A stretch of DNA of 64,000 nucleotides from Microthyrium microscopicum (lineage: Eukaryota): positions 478,993-542,992 of the forward strand of contig MU004234.1 in NCBI GenBank assembly GCA_010405405.1, in the 5' to 3' direction. The notes beneath the pieces are model-generated. The model did not search any database. It had not been told where the DNA came from and saw only the letters and a program-made list of their open reading frames with translations. Shown one piece after another: positions 13,266 to 25,343 of the stretch. The position numbers and the translations under genes are program-made. Position 1 is the stretch's first letter, and every line of letters begins with the position of its first letter.

Positions 13266-14135
13266 ATGACCTCAGCCTCAACATTCCCAACCGCATCAAC
13301 AATCCCCTTCACCCCCAGCACATCATCCACACCCCGCAACCCCTCCGCCATCGACAACGACACCTACTCGCCCTCCCACCCTGGTTTCCGCAATCTCGCT
13401 GCCAGTGACGGCTACGAAGCTGGTGACGGATACGACCACATTTACCCCCAACTCAGCGGTTCACGCAGACATAATTCTACCATGTCTGGCTCAAACCGCT
13501 ACGGCGCCGGTGATGGCTATTCACGCGAAAACGATTCGCGATACGGCGACACGGGCGACGGATCCAACGGCTACGGCCCACGAACCGACGCCTACGCACA
13601 GAGCCGCGCCCAAATTTCAAGCCGTGGCCAAGGAGGTGAATATGAGCCGCGTCGACGCTCGTCGGCCGACTATGAGCGCCGCGGAGGCGGACGGGAACGT
13701 ACTTATGTGCGCTCCGATGGGCGCGATGTGAGACGTGATCGCGCATATGAGTACGATACGCCGTCATCGTCTGACGAGGAGGATGAGAGACCGCCGCGAC
13801 CACGCGAGAACCATTCGAGGGGGCGGGAGAGGAGTCAGGGCGAGAAAAGTCAGGGACGGTTGAGTAGGAGTCGTTCTCGCGTGAAGCAGAAGATTAGCCA
13901 GATATTTGGCAAAGATGAACATCACGATGGCGAGGGCAATAGTGATGCGAAGAAGTGGGTTGCGACATTAGCTGGAGCTGCGGCGGGTGGGTTGGCCGCG
14001 AGACAGGTGAAGAAGGATCATTGGGTGCCGGCTGCAATAGGAGCGATTGTGGGTGGATTGACGGCTAGAGAGGCCGAGAAGGGGTTTTATCGTCATAAGG
14101 AGACGAAGGAGAGGGAGAGACCTTATGAGGAGTGA
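13266..14135 (+). CDS. Hypothetical low-complexity (R/S/G/Y/D-rich) protein with C-terminal glycine-zipper 2TM-like motif
   Basis: 289-aa ORF, ACAATG start context; TLAGAAAGGLAA...AAIGAIVGGLTAREAEK glycine-zipper pair. Confidence 0.7.
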   Translation: MTSASTFPTASTIPFTPSTSSTPRNPSAIDNDTYSPSHPGFRNLAASDGYEAGDGYDHIYPQLSGSRRHNSTMSGSNRYGAGDGYSRENDSRYGDTGDGSNGYGPRTDAYAQSRAQISSRGQGGEYEPRRRSSADYERRGGGRERTYVRSDGRDVRRDRAYEYDTPSSSDEEDERPPRPRENHSRGRERSQGEKSQGRLSRSRSRVKQKISQIFGKDEHHDGEGNSDAKKWVATLAGAAAGGLAARQVKKDHWVPAAIGAIVGGLTAREAEKGFYRHKETKERERPYEE

Positions 14136-14471
14136 AAACTGATTTGGGATGGCGTATTTGACTGGGATGGAGATGGGATATGATATGATACCTTGGGATA
14201 GTACGGAGCTTGTTTTGCGATATGTTTGGACTTCATGTAGATCACGATGTAACGCTTTCTTTGAAATGTTGAGCGGCTAGATCATGTATTGCTAATATCA
14301 CGGCCTAAGTTATCTAATGCTACAAGTTACAAAGTCAAGAAAGTTCATGGTATCATCGCATCCCCCCGCTTCCCACTGGGTTTTTCCAAACTAGCGCAAA
14401 GGAAACCCAACTGTCAGAAAACGAGGCATAATAATAACAATAAAGAAACTCAAAAAACGCATGCCAACCAC

Positions 14472-17123
14472 TTAGAGGTTCCCGATAACAACTGAAAACC
14501 TCAGCATCCCCGTCCCCTTCTTCTTCCCCCCTTCATCATCCACCTCATCATCCAAACCTTCATCCAGCATCAGCGTGCTACTACGCCACCCCCAACTCTG
14601 GCTAAAGTCAAACTGATCCGGCGCGCTCTCATACACACTTAGCAACCTTCCACCTTTGGACGGCGAGTAGATCTTGAAGTATGTGCGGATCGTCTGTCGG
14701 CTATCGGAATATGATGGTACTGCGGATATGCGTGGTGGTATATAAGTGGGATTTTGATTCTGGCCAATGCTATACATGGACTGCGCATACATGGATTGTG
14801 CGTCGGCATCTACCTGGGCGTCTTCGAGGGCGGTGAGTTGGCCAGAGGAATCAGAGTCGCTGGAGTCAGAGTCAAAGCCGATGAAGGTTTGCATGGTAGA
14901 GTCGCTGAAACGGGACATGGAGTTGCGGTCTCGTGCACGTCGAGAGTAGAGCGTCATGGTACTAGCTGCTGATGGGGAATCGTTGAAATTCAGTGTACTC
15001 GATGACCGGCCCGCAGACGTATTGGCCGGCGGCTGATTGCCCATTGACGCATTCCGCAGTCTTCGTAGGGAGCGGCCGGCGGAGGACCGTCTCGGGAGGG
15101 AATGTCGATCACTGCCTCCCATACGCATTTCTCGTTCAAGGTGACCGATTCGCTCATCAACAGTGGTTGGACCATTACCGTTGGTGAGCTCGTCAGGATC
15201 CCTCTCTTTGGCACGATGAAGATAGACGCCCAGCTGGAAATTCTGTTTTGCTGAGCGCATTTTCTGTATGTAAATGTTCCAGAGACTGCCTGCATAGAAG
15301 ACTGTGCGCGAATAGACCCGTTTCTTCTCCTTGAGGAATTTGGGAGCTGGAAATTCGGCAGAGAACCGGAAAGGCGGAAATTTACTGTAGGCATTGGGTG
15401 TGGGCTGGCCAAGGTTTGGAGGATCTGTAGATGAGTGTCCACCAGGCGTACGAGGACGTGTAGTGAGGTCACGGTTTCCGAAAGGTGTAGAGGCAACTTC
15501 CGAAGTCCATTGAACTTCAGGAGGGTCAACTGCTGCGGAGAAGCGAGATGCTATGCGTAACGCCGACGGTCCAGAGCCCGTGGAAACTACTGGATCAGCG
15601 TTTCCTCCCATCACCATGGTGCAGTCGGAGCTTGGTATCCAAAATCTTCGTGCTTTTGGTGGCTGATTGATTATGGTGATAGGTTCCTCGAGCAACGATG
15701 GTGTCTGCGTAGATTCTCTCTGTTTCCCTTTGGGCTCGGTGACCTCTGGAGAGTCTGAGGCCAGAGCATCCGATCCTTTAAGGTCCAGTGCATTCGTTAT
15801 TCCAAGTTCCATTTCATCCATAGGTGTATTCATAACCTTTTGCCTTAATTCCATTTGAGTATATAGAGCATTCAATATGATCGATTCGGGTACCACTGGA
15901 AGACCAAATATATCTGTACTTTGGCGGATGTGCTGTAGCTGCTCAAATTCAAGATGGATGTAGTGAATTCCCTCATCAAGGAGCTCCAGTAGACTTGCAA
16001 CATCAGGGGCAGTGTAGAGTGACAACCAAGCCTCCGTTTCTGTTATTGATGATGCTCCAGATAATGGTCTCTTTGGTGATGGTGGTCTGAGCAGCGGATT
16101 AAATCTAACCAGCTCCTGCATGACAGTCATAGGCGCGCGATTCTTTGGACGAAATCCAGAAGAAAATAGCTCAAAGTCAATCGCATACTGTTGCTTCAGT
16201 CTCCTATCGAGAAGCTTTCGGCAGTGATTCCATCTTTCCCATTCATCAAGAACGAAGAATCCATCAGAAGATACCACATCTTGAACAACATGACCTGGGA
16301 TTTCATCCCAGTACTTGAGTGGCATATCCCAGCCATCTCGACATAGCATAGCTTTTGCCGATGCGAGTATTCGATCTCCAGGTCGACCGTAGCAGTTTTG
16401 GGTGACGAGTTTGATGATAGTTGCCAAATTCTCTGGACATAGTTGCCGCAGTATTGACGCAACAGCAGAATCAATAAGCTCTTGCATCTCTAGCCAACAG
16501 CCTGTCGCAAAGAGACCTACTGCTTCTTCATCCTCGTCTTCAGAAATGTCCAAGCCATATAGCCTTTTCAGTGCCAACTCGAAAGCTTGCTGTGTGATGG
16601 CTGGATCCACTTCTCCTGGATACAGCGGCACCTCTCTTGCTGTGCTTTCACTCCATGGTTCCGATAGTGCAAGAGTAAAGAAAGGAGCTCTATCAAGGAT
16701 CAGACGATGTAGGTTATATTGATTGTTGAATGCGAGAATGGTAATGTCAGAGTGTCGTCCACCAAGTAAGCCTCGAGTGTAAAGATGTTCCGGTAACGTT
16801 GCGCCATCTGTAGGAGCTACTCTTTTCATAAGATTCGAGTTTCCACTATACGAAGACTCCCGCGAGCTCTCTGGTGAAATCGACATTCGCGCGCCAAGGA
16901 GTTTTGAGAGTGACTCTGGTGTATGAAATCCTTCGTTAGGATTTCGATGAGATGGCGCACTTGGATTGTCTGCATCTTTTTCTACATCGGATAGCCTTGG
17001 ATCCACCATTGTATGATCCGCAGTCATGAAGTGTGGCCGACGCCGGGGAGTTGAAGCCGAGGACCGCGAGTTTGCAGACTGCGATGGGTCAGATATCCGT
17101 TTCCATATTCTGATCAGAGACAT
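14472..17123 (-). CDS. BTB/POZ domain protein with C-terminal MATH-like region; start uncertain
   Basis: Long ORF with HLYTRGLLGGRHSDITILAFNNQYNLHRLILDRAPFF (BTB), AFELALKRLYG, PPFRFSAEF, VFYAGSLWNIYIQK, SQSWGW. In-frame ATGs at 17123, 17027 and 17009; upstream exons possible. Confidence 0.85.
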   Translation of the reverse strand: MSLIRIWKRISDPSQSANSRSSASTPRRRPHFMTADHTMVDPRLSDVEKDADNPSAPSHRNPNEGFHTPESLSKLLGARMSISPESSRESSYSGNSNLMKRVAPTDGATLPEHLYTRGLLGGRHSDITILAFNNQYNLHRLILDRAPFFTLALSEPWSESTAREVPLYPGEVDPAITQQAFELALKRLYGLDISEDEDEEAVGLFATGCWLEMQELIDSAVASILRQLCPENLATIIKLVTQNCYGRPGDRILASAKAMLCRDGWDMPLKYWDEIPGHVVQDVVSSDGFFVLDEWERWNHCRKLLDRRLKQQYAIDFELFSSGFRPKNRAPMTVMQELVRFNPLLRPPSPKRPLSGASSITETEAWLSLYTAPDVASLLELLDEGIHYIHLEFEQLQHIRQSTDIFGLPVVPESIILNALYTQMELRQKVMNTPMDEMELGITNALDLKGSDALASDSPEVTEPKGKQRESTQTPSLLEEPITIINQPPKARRFWIPSSDCTMVMGGNADPVVSTGSGPSALRIASRFSAAVDPPEVQWTSEVASTPFGNRDLTTRPRTPGGHSSTDPPNLGQPTPNAYSKFPPFRFSAEFPAPKFLKEKKRVYSRTVFYAGSLWNIYIQKMRSAKQNFQLGVYLHRAKERDPDELTNGNGPTTVDERIGHLEREMRMGGSDRHSLPRRSSAGRSLRRLRNASMGNQPPANTSAGRSSSTLNFNDSPSAASTMTLYSRRARDRNSMSRFSDSTMQTFIGFDSDSSDSDSSGQLTALEDAQVDADAQSMYAQSMYSIGQNQNPTYIPPRISAVPSYSDSRQTIRTYFKIYSPSKGGRLLSVYESAPDQFDFSQSWGWRSSTLMLDEGLDDEVDDEGGKKKGTGMLRFSVVIGNL

Positions 17124-17301
17124 TGTGAAGTGTGCACGACTCCATTGTATGAGAATAGAAATCAAACAGAGATGCACAGAATTCCGCCAAGCTTCGGTTT
17201 AAGATTTGTGGTTGCTCATATAGCAGCTCATGATCATCTTATACCCCATTTACACAACTGACTCGTGTCTGACGGATCACCGGAGGGCATACCAAAAGAG
17301 T

Positions 17302-17772
17302 TTATAGGCGCAACGAGCGGAATGTTTTATGACTTACCTCTCCAAGACTAGATCTTGTAGGTGTAGAAAATGGATTGCTCGTCGGCCTATATGGACTATT
17401 ATGCCGCGATGAGATTTGATCGGGCGTGCCAAATGTCGAAGTCGAAGGCCCAGTATCCGCAGCACTATTCGTTGCTGTCATCTGATGAACATTCGGTAAA
17501 CTCGCAGTCTGAACGGATTTACCACTTAATCTTCTTGAAGATGTACGTGGTCGGATCTGAAATCTGCTCCCAGTCGGAAGAGTAGTATTCGCAGCGTGAG
17601 CTACGCTTGGGCTTGAGGTAGTTCGTTGTCGTCTGCTTGGCAAGGCGCCGACTTCAGCGGCCGAGACTTCATGCCATTCCTCGCTTTGGGAAGCGGTCAG
17701 TGGGTGATGTTGTTGGTTGTTGAGAGATGCGACGATGTCATCAACAATTTCGGCAGCAGCGGTAGAATTCAT
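17302..17772 (-). other. S/T/P-rich ORF upstream of the BTB gene (possible 5' exon, uORF or separate small gene)
   Basis: Open frame from ATG 17772 with GAG|GTAAGT donor at 17337; no in-frame join to the BTB ORF found by eye. Confidence 0.35.
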
Positions 17773-19010
17773 TATGTCAATGCAAGGGAAAACAAGTTTG
17801 GATGGTGAACCGTGAGCTGCTGCTGCCACTGCAACGGGAGAGTTGAGGCCTATCGGCGAACACGCAGGGACGACTGGGTTCAGGGGTACAGTTTGCCCCT
17901 CTTCATAGCTTCATGTGGGGGAACAAAGATAGGTATTGCAGAGGGCAATGGAGGATATATCATATGTAGGAAGGAGGGCAAGATGGGGAAGGAATGGAGT
18001 TGAAGGGAGAAGCAGGCAAGGCAAGCAAGCTTAGGTGAAAAGGAGCAGAGTATGATGGCAAGCAGCAAGGAGGTTAAGAGTAATTACACTTTATCCGACG
18101 AGCTGTCAGTTAAGTTGCGGGGAGAATGTCATGTGCGAGGCGTTCGTCACTTCGCTTCTAACTGTTTCAACATGTACGCCTCTTTTTTTTAACATTCGAC
18201 CTGGTATTCGGATGGTAATTTCTCGGACATGGGTTCAGGAGTACTAACTCGGTTAAGGTCTGAGCCAGCAGGTTGCGAGGAAAGAAGGAAAGCTCGCTGT
18301 AGTCGAACGTCACAAATATCCAAATCCTGTATCATGATCTCTATGAAGATTTTAAAAATCAAGATCGTACAGGGCACTTGAGCGGAAGCAATACAAAACT
18401 TGTGATCATGATGGTGATAAACTGTAAGAATTCGCGAAGAAACAAACGATATTGTTTATGCTGAGCGAGGCAGGCTATCAGGCGAAACTTGTGAGATAAT
18501 TACCAACACATGCCATGCTCAATATGATATAGGCAAAGTTGTTGACATCCATGTATGCTATCGTTATTGCTGCAAGTTCGGACATAATCTCTCACTTCCT
18601 ACTCTGCGATATCCTTATGTCGTATCCCAGACAGCTGTACAGCCTGCGGGACTTTTCGCTTTCATGCCACGCTTGGAGCTGATGATGATGATGCACTTCA
18701 ATGTTGGACTGAAGCATACAAGTTGAGGAGGTCTTCGTAGTAGGTTGATCTAAGGTAATTTGTTGAAGGATCCAGGCCTGGGGAGGCTGGTTTTTATATG
18801 AGCTCCAATCTTTAGGGCTAGGGTACAATTTTTGACGCGCTTCATCTCAGCTTTTTGTGTCGACCTCCAGTCGCGTTTCTCAGTAACAGCCAAAACTTCA
18901 GCCCTTTGCGCCAACTCTCTCTTTCCCTTTCCCATCTGTCTGCTGTATCCGTTCTGTTCATGGGCTTCTTCTCTACTTCCTCCCGAGCTTAGATTTGCGC
19001 CCCGGCTACC

Positions 19011-22000
19011 ATGGCCACTGTTTCCGAAACCTACTTGCCGCAATTGCAGCCATGCCTTAAAGGCGAAATATTGCTCTTGTAAGTATATCATGCTCTTATA
19101 TATGACAAGTAACTGACCTTTCAGATCATGGCAACAAGTCTATCGAATCCTCCGGGTCGATGTCGCGACAACTCGGCGGGGTGTCCGACGGCGGGACATT
19201 CATGCTTCGGTGAAAGAGGCTCTGCAGTTCCTACAAGATGATACCGCGATGAGAAACATGGCCAGCTTCGCCAATTCCTTTCCTCCTCCCACCACGGATG
19301 CTAAAGCAACTCTCGATAGTCGTACTGCGCCCGTAAACTGCCCCGAGGGTGGCCCCAGCGACCAATACAGCGTGAAGAATACCAAAGACTGCGCTATCTG
19401 GCTCTCCAAAGAAGCCAAGATTTCAGAAGTAGAAGCGCTTCGGATAGTCTTGCTAGAATGGCAATCAAGAGCAAAGATGCGGATACTATCCGCCAATGCG
19501 GGGGAGGATGGCGATTCTGCGAATGATATGAGCCTGGGCAACAGTTTCCAATCGTCCTTCCTGGCAAGATCGATTCCGTTTAGAAGCTCTATCCTGAACC
19601 CAGACACTCCAGACGATGGATTCAATACAACAGATGGCCTGCGATCAAGACTCTTACGTCTTTATCTTTCGGAACGCTCGCACGTCGTGCGAACTACTGA
19701 TCTTCTTATGCGACATTACATGGAAAGTAGGCTTCCAAACTGGCTAGGAGTGCAGACGGACTTTGTGGAACTAGGCAAACTTCTCACGCGGACCATATGC
19801 AACGACGATTTCGCCACGCCACAGCTCGATAATTGCCTTGTAGCTTTCACGAACGCTCTAAGCTTAAGAGTCAACCAACTAGACTCTGGAAGCGGTTGGT
19901 TTGCTAGCGAAGGAGGCCAACCTGATCTAGAAACCAGTTGGGCTCAAACACAACTTGAAGAGATGGTCCCTATTCTGCAACTCTTCTTTTGTGTTCTTGA
20001 TCGCGTCTACGCTACACCAAGGTCGGCAGAAGAATATTTCCGACTTATGGACCGAACAAAGTTTTTGGACTTTCAGTTGGTATGCGAACTATGTGCGATT
20101 CATTTGAAAGCTTACTGATTGTTAACAGGCTCTCCCCTATACTTACGCTCTCGATCTAACCAAGATTTTGGCTGCCTTGATTGGCGCGAAATTTCTCCAA
20201 CCAAAGCAACCCTTTCACTTTGCAGCAACTGACGGAAATGAGGCTACACGAATTGGATTTACGATGCACGAGGAGACTATCCTATCAATAAGTACTGTTA
20301 TACTGGAAGCTGCGTCAGAGAACAATAGTTTGACCAGTCTTCCGGTATATGCCTGGGTTCTTTTTGTACAGCAATGGTCTGAACAAGTTCCTAACACGAT
20401 CAATGTTGAGAGTGAGCCTATCAGCAAAATATTAGACTCAAACAACCTTAGACTATTAGCGAACAGAGCAGTCGACGAAAAACAGTTGTTTGATGTCATC
20501 TGTCGAATCATGCCACAGCTTCGAGAGGTGTTCAGAGAAGGTCCAGATGTTGGCTTGGAGAATGAAATACGAACATATCTTCTCTGGATTCACTCGTATA
20601 GTATATCATCAGGATTAGTACTGTACGACCCAACCATTGTCGGCTCCCTGCTCACCGTTCTGGACGCTGATCGGTCGTACTGGGAACCGGATTTGAATCG
20701 AATTTTCGATACATCTGATCTAGCCGCGCTTAACACCAATCTTCTCAGGCCATTCATTGACCTTGCCCGATCACGCTTTCCTCTGGAAGCTGGCCCATTC
20801 GTCAAGTTGATGAAAGCTGTCATAATCAGTGGACGTGCGAATGGGGCAGGATATTCGGAGTTTGTCAAGTATCTCAATAATGCAGACTACTTCACGGAAC
20901 TGATGAACATGGATTTCTCAGCCTATGATGAGGCTGACGTCGATCCGTCTGAAGGTTATTACATCGAGCTTAGAGGAGATTTACCTATATTTGTTTCCAA
21001 CACCCCAGGAGCCCAGAAGCAATCTGTCGGTGGACCAGAAAACGCACTTGTTCCTGCAAGCCAGTCTGACTGGCACATCGTATCCGCAATCGACTCGCGA
21101 AGCGTGGGAGAAGTGCTAGGAGATCAATCCAGACCATTGGTGGTGGCCTGGCAGCACCAATATAAGCCTTTGGACTACTTGGTCGATTGGCTTGGATCAG
21201 CTGTGTCAGGAAGTCGATATGTATCCTACAGCAGTTTTTCGCAACCTTCGGTGGATGATATTTGTGAGGTTCTCTCACTCTTTACGACTATATTACAGGT
21301 GCTCAGACAAGAGAACACATCTGCTCTAAGCGCAGACTCTGAAGAACTCGCTCGGTTTATATTGGAATCAAGGTCCACGGAATTTGAAGACGAGAAAGAC
21401 CTCATTTCCATTGTCTTTGCAATTTTCGAATATCAACTTCAGCAATACCGTGAGCAATCTGGGGCTGAGTTTCAGACCGATATCCTCGCTAAATGCATCG
21501 ACTTTATTCATGCAGTCACATACGTTTCGCCCAATCGATTGTGGCCTTACTTGGCCCGGAGTCAATTGCTAGATTTGAATGGCAACGATCCAAGCCTCGT
21601 GGCGATTGTGACCAATTCAGAAATGATTCGACAGCAATATGGGTTCCTGCTTAGCTGTATTAGACTCTTCGAACGTCTAGTACAACTCTCATATACTCAA
21701 GGAACCGCTGCGCGCCCAGCAGCGTCAACTTCAAGAACGGCTTTGACACGCTTTGGAAGTGAAGCAAATGGAGTCAGCCAAGCTAGATATATTCCAAGCA
21801 AAGCTGTTCGAAATATTATCAATGGCTTCTTGAGAATCATGATATCCGTATTCGAGAACAGTCAGTTCTGGCAATTCTCGTCAAATCAGGAGCATGCTGA
21901 AGTCAATATTGCACTGATGGACTCTTTTGATCTCATTGTTGAAACAGCTTACGGCTTTGATGATGAACCTGATCTTCATAAGAAGTTCACCGCCGTACTA

Positions 22001-24610
22001 GCAGACTCGGCCGAGTTGCTCACTACGTTACTTCTGTCTACACAAAATCAAGACAACCTATCCGCCCCACTCCTCGCGATTCTATCTTCGACTTTGCCCG
22101 AGTTGGAGATGGCAACAGAAGTCGTGAATTTACGACATTTGATTCTGGAAAAGCACGCCGCACTCAATCTTTGCACGAGACTCTTACACATCGCAACTTA
22201 CCTGAAAACCGAAGAGTCTCTACTGGAACGACGGCTCTTTACAGCAGCACCGCTTCTCGCTCGACTTTACGCATTCGCAGACGAACTCAAATCCCCGGTT
22301 GCCGTCTTGCTCGACGCATTATTGACGGCATCTTTACGGCACGATAAGACCCCTCCATCTCTCCTTGGACATATGGGTGTATCAAGTGCAAAGGATTTCT
22401 TGGTCCTCGTCTCACGTCTTCGCGGTCCTGTTCGTGGGGATGTAGGTGAGATGGCCACCTGGGACCTGCTTTCCACCGTTGTGAGCTCACAGCAACAATG
22501 GTTCGCCATGTATCTCTTGACTGGAAAACCACCACGAGAAAGTGCACGAAGAGAGCCTGTACCTGCTGAAGGCGCCCCTGCAGATACTCAAGCTGGTTGC
22601 CAAAGTTTACCAGTTCTCGAACTTGCCTTCAAGGGGCTTACTCACTTTTTCTTGGTACGAGATGATAGGCCTATTCTGCCGACTCTGGCACTATCAGTCT
22701 TGAAGTTCATTACGAATAGCTACAATCATTGGCCTTCAGTGATGGGCACACAAACCTACCACACCGAATTCCTCAACGCCATGATCACATTTTACGGGGA
22801 TCTGGACCCTATAGGTTCCGGTGGTTCAGTTGTGTGGTATTCTGCACTGGCCGCTGCCATCTCAGAATTCCTAACGCTACATCTGCATCGTTCTCGAAGA
22901 ATTGGTAACTTTGAGCCGGCTAACCGCCTCGTCAACAAGTTACGATACATCAAGGAAGTTGCTTTCAAAGCACCAAACTACAATTTCTCCATGCATACGC
23001 AGCTTCGAGCAAATGTCCCAAATGTCTATCCAGGACTAACGGTCTCTAAATTTCAACACACCCTGGTTTACCCGGTCCAGTATGGAGAAAACTTCTTCTA
23101 CGATCTCGGTATGGCACAAACCTTATTCAAGGTGGCAAAGCGAGCTGGAAGAACAACACGACTGGGCAACTTCATGCGTGACATGGCCGCTGCCAATGTT
23201 GACTTATCAACGGTTGATGCTCAGGTGCAGCTACACCACAAGTCCAAGCTCCTGGTCATTGAGCTTGCCCAAGCACAACGTAAAGATCCCAACCTGAAAC
23301 TGGTGGAGCCTCTACTTCTCATCTTGAAAGACTGTTTGACTGAGATGGGCGATACTAGACTACCCGCAAACATCATCGGGCCACTGGAGAGCAGTCAGAT
23401 TGATCTTGCCATGATCATTTTGCAAAACATCATCTCCATAAAATCCACGGAAGTGGTCATCGCTCTAATGAAGATGTTTCCAACTGTGTGGCAATCTATC
23501 TCATCATTGATAATGAGCTGGGATGATCTCTATATAGGCAATCGCTCAGCGCTGAACCGCCAACTACTCCGAGTTCTATTTCTCAGTCTGCAACCTCTCA
23601 CAGTTGAGCGTGGTAACAACGAGAAAGGCTCAGGACCAAATGGCTCTCCACTGACATTCGCAACATTCGATGCGTTGATGGATGTCTTCGTCAACGTCAT
23701 CTGTAAGGGTTTCAAAAACCTAGCCAACACCGTCCATGAAGACAAAGAATCAGCCACAACCTCTGACTTTGGTCTCCTCACTGCGATGCTACAAACTATG
23801 CTAGCCATTCCCGACATCGACACTCTACATTCCCAGATGGCACTTCAAATCGCGGGCACAGAAGTAGTCCGCTATGGCGCCAGCCTCTTCTCCTGGGCCG
23901 ACCAACTCCTCCTTGACGGCGACCCAATCTACGGCGAACATGCCATCCTCTTCCTCCTCGAACTCTCCACCATCAACTCCGTCGCTGAAACCATGGCTGT
24001 CGAAGGCATTCTCTCGCAACTCTCTTCCGCTAACATCATGGCCCTTTACGCCCGCACCACCGCCATTGGACCCTTTGACAATCCACCCCGCGTCCACTCC
24101 ATCTGGGTCCGCGGCATCCTCCCCCTCTGCATCAATCTCCTCTCAGCCGTCGGTGCCCCTGTCGCTCCAGAAGTTCTCTCCTTCCTCGCACAATACGGCA
24201 ACCAAATCGAGCGCAACCTTCGTGATCTAGGCAACGTTTCCAGCCCTATTGGCGCACGACCAGCAGATTCACATCTTACGCTTGGTATGGCGGCAGAAGT
24301 GCATAGTCTAGCCCTCATCGCCGCCATCGTCGACCGCATGCGTGGCGCCGCAGGCAACATTGGAACGAGTGTAGCAACCATTGGCACACTGGACAAATGG
24401 GATCCGCAAGCAGTACAATCTGAGCTGGAAGAGTGGTTGAGCCAGCGAACTGCACGACGTGAGTTCATCATACCAGCGAATGAGCGCGAGCAGGAGATGG
24501 CGAATGTGAATGCGCCGGCTGGGGGGCGAGCGTTGACGCTGTTGGAGCGGAAGGTTTGGGATGAGCTTGAAGGGGCGAGACGGTGTTTGGATGAGCATAA
24601 CGCCTCGTGA
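19011..24610 (+). CDS. NUP188: Nucleoporin Nup188/Nup184, about 1834 aa
   Basis: Exons 19011-19078, 19125-20079 and 20129-24610 join in frame (GT-AG, CTGAY branch sites). N-terminus YLPQLQPCLKGEILLLSW, WLSKEAKISEVEALRIVLLEWQSR, LYLSER, PPSLLGHMG, QQQWFAMYLLTG, YGENFFYD, IWVRGILPLC. Confidence 0.88.
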
Positions 24611-25343
24611 AAAGATCGGTAGCGCAGGAGTTGGGGTCCAATGCTCTGTTACAGTAGGAGAAAGCGTCTGCTGTTTGCATTCCTCACGGCGTTTGAAAAC
24701 GATAACATAGGATATATTGTGGGTAGTAGCGTAGTAATTAACCTTTTCACATCCATGGCTGTGTGCCGTCTACATCAGATCGAGTACAGTTTCTCGTCTT
24801 CTAGTCATGGTAAGCTGCATTTCACAAAACATATCTTCACAAATCACCATCTATACAGGAAGCTTGACCACGCGACGTTGTTCATCTACAAGAAAGCTCA
24901 GCGCTTCGAAACCATAGAGAATGCGCCTAGGATCTCGCATCGCCAGCTGGCTACCTATGTAATGGCAAATGAATGACATGCTCCCATCAGCGCCGCTGGC
25001 TGCCATCACCTATTCGATAGTCTGATTCGATTGACAGCGTTCGATGATTCGCATGGTGCGTGGGCGATATCAAAGTCGTTGGGAGGACCAACTCCCTTTT
25101 TTTGCTATCCTGTTGGTCGGTTGTTGAACCACAAATTTAGTCTATCCCTGGTATATATGGGACTTTGCAGAAGACTGGACACACCGCTCTTTCTGAATTT
25201 AATGCAGCGCAACTTCCACTCTTGTGATCGAATCAACCCCGCATTCGATCATAACTACCCTTCTTCTTCATCCACTCTGCTTTTCCGCTCAACTTCACAG
25301 CAAGCACCAGGAGCGGCATCCTCAATCATCACAATAGGTAGCA

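Noticed and set aside
20215..24680. Many antisense and off-frame ORFs within Nup188 (likewise in BTB, AP-1, AKR and LRR genes)
   Set aside because: Shadow ORFs produced by codon bias of the real genes.
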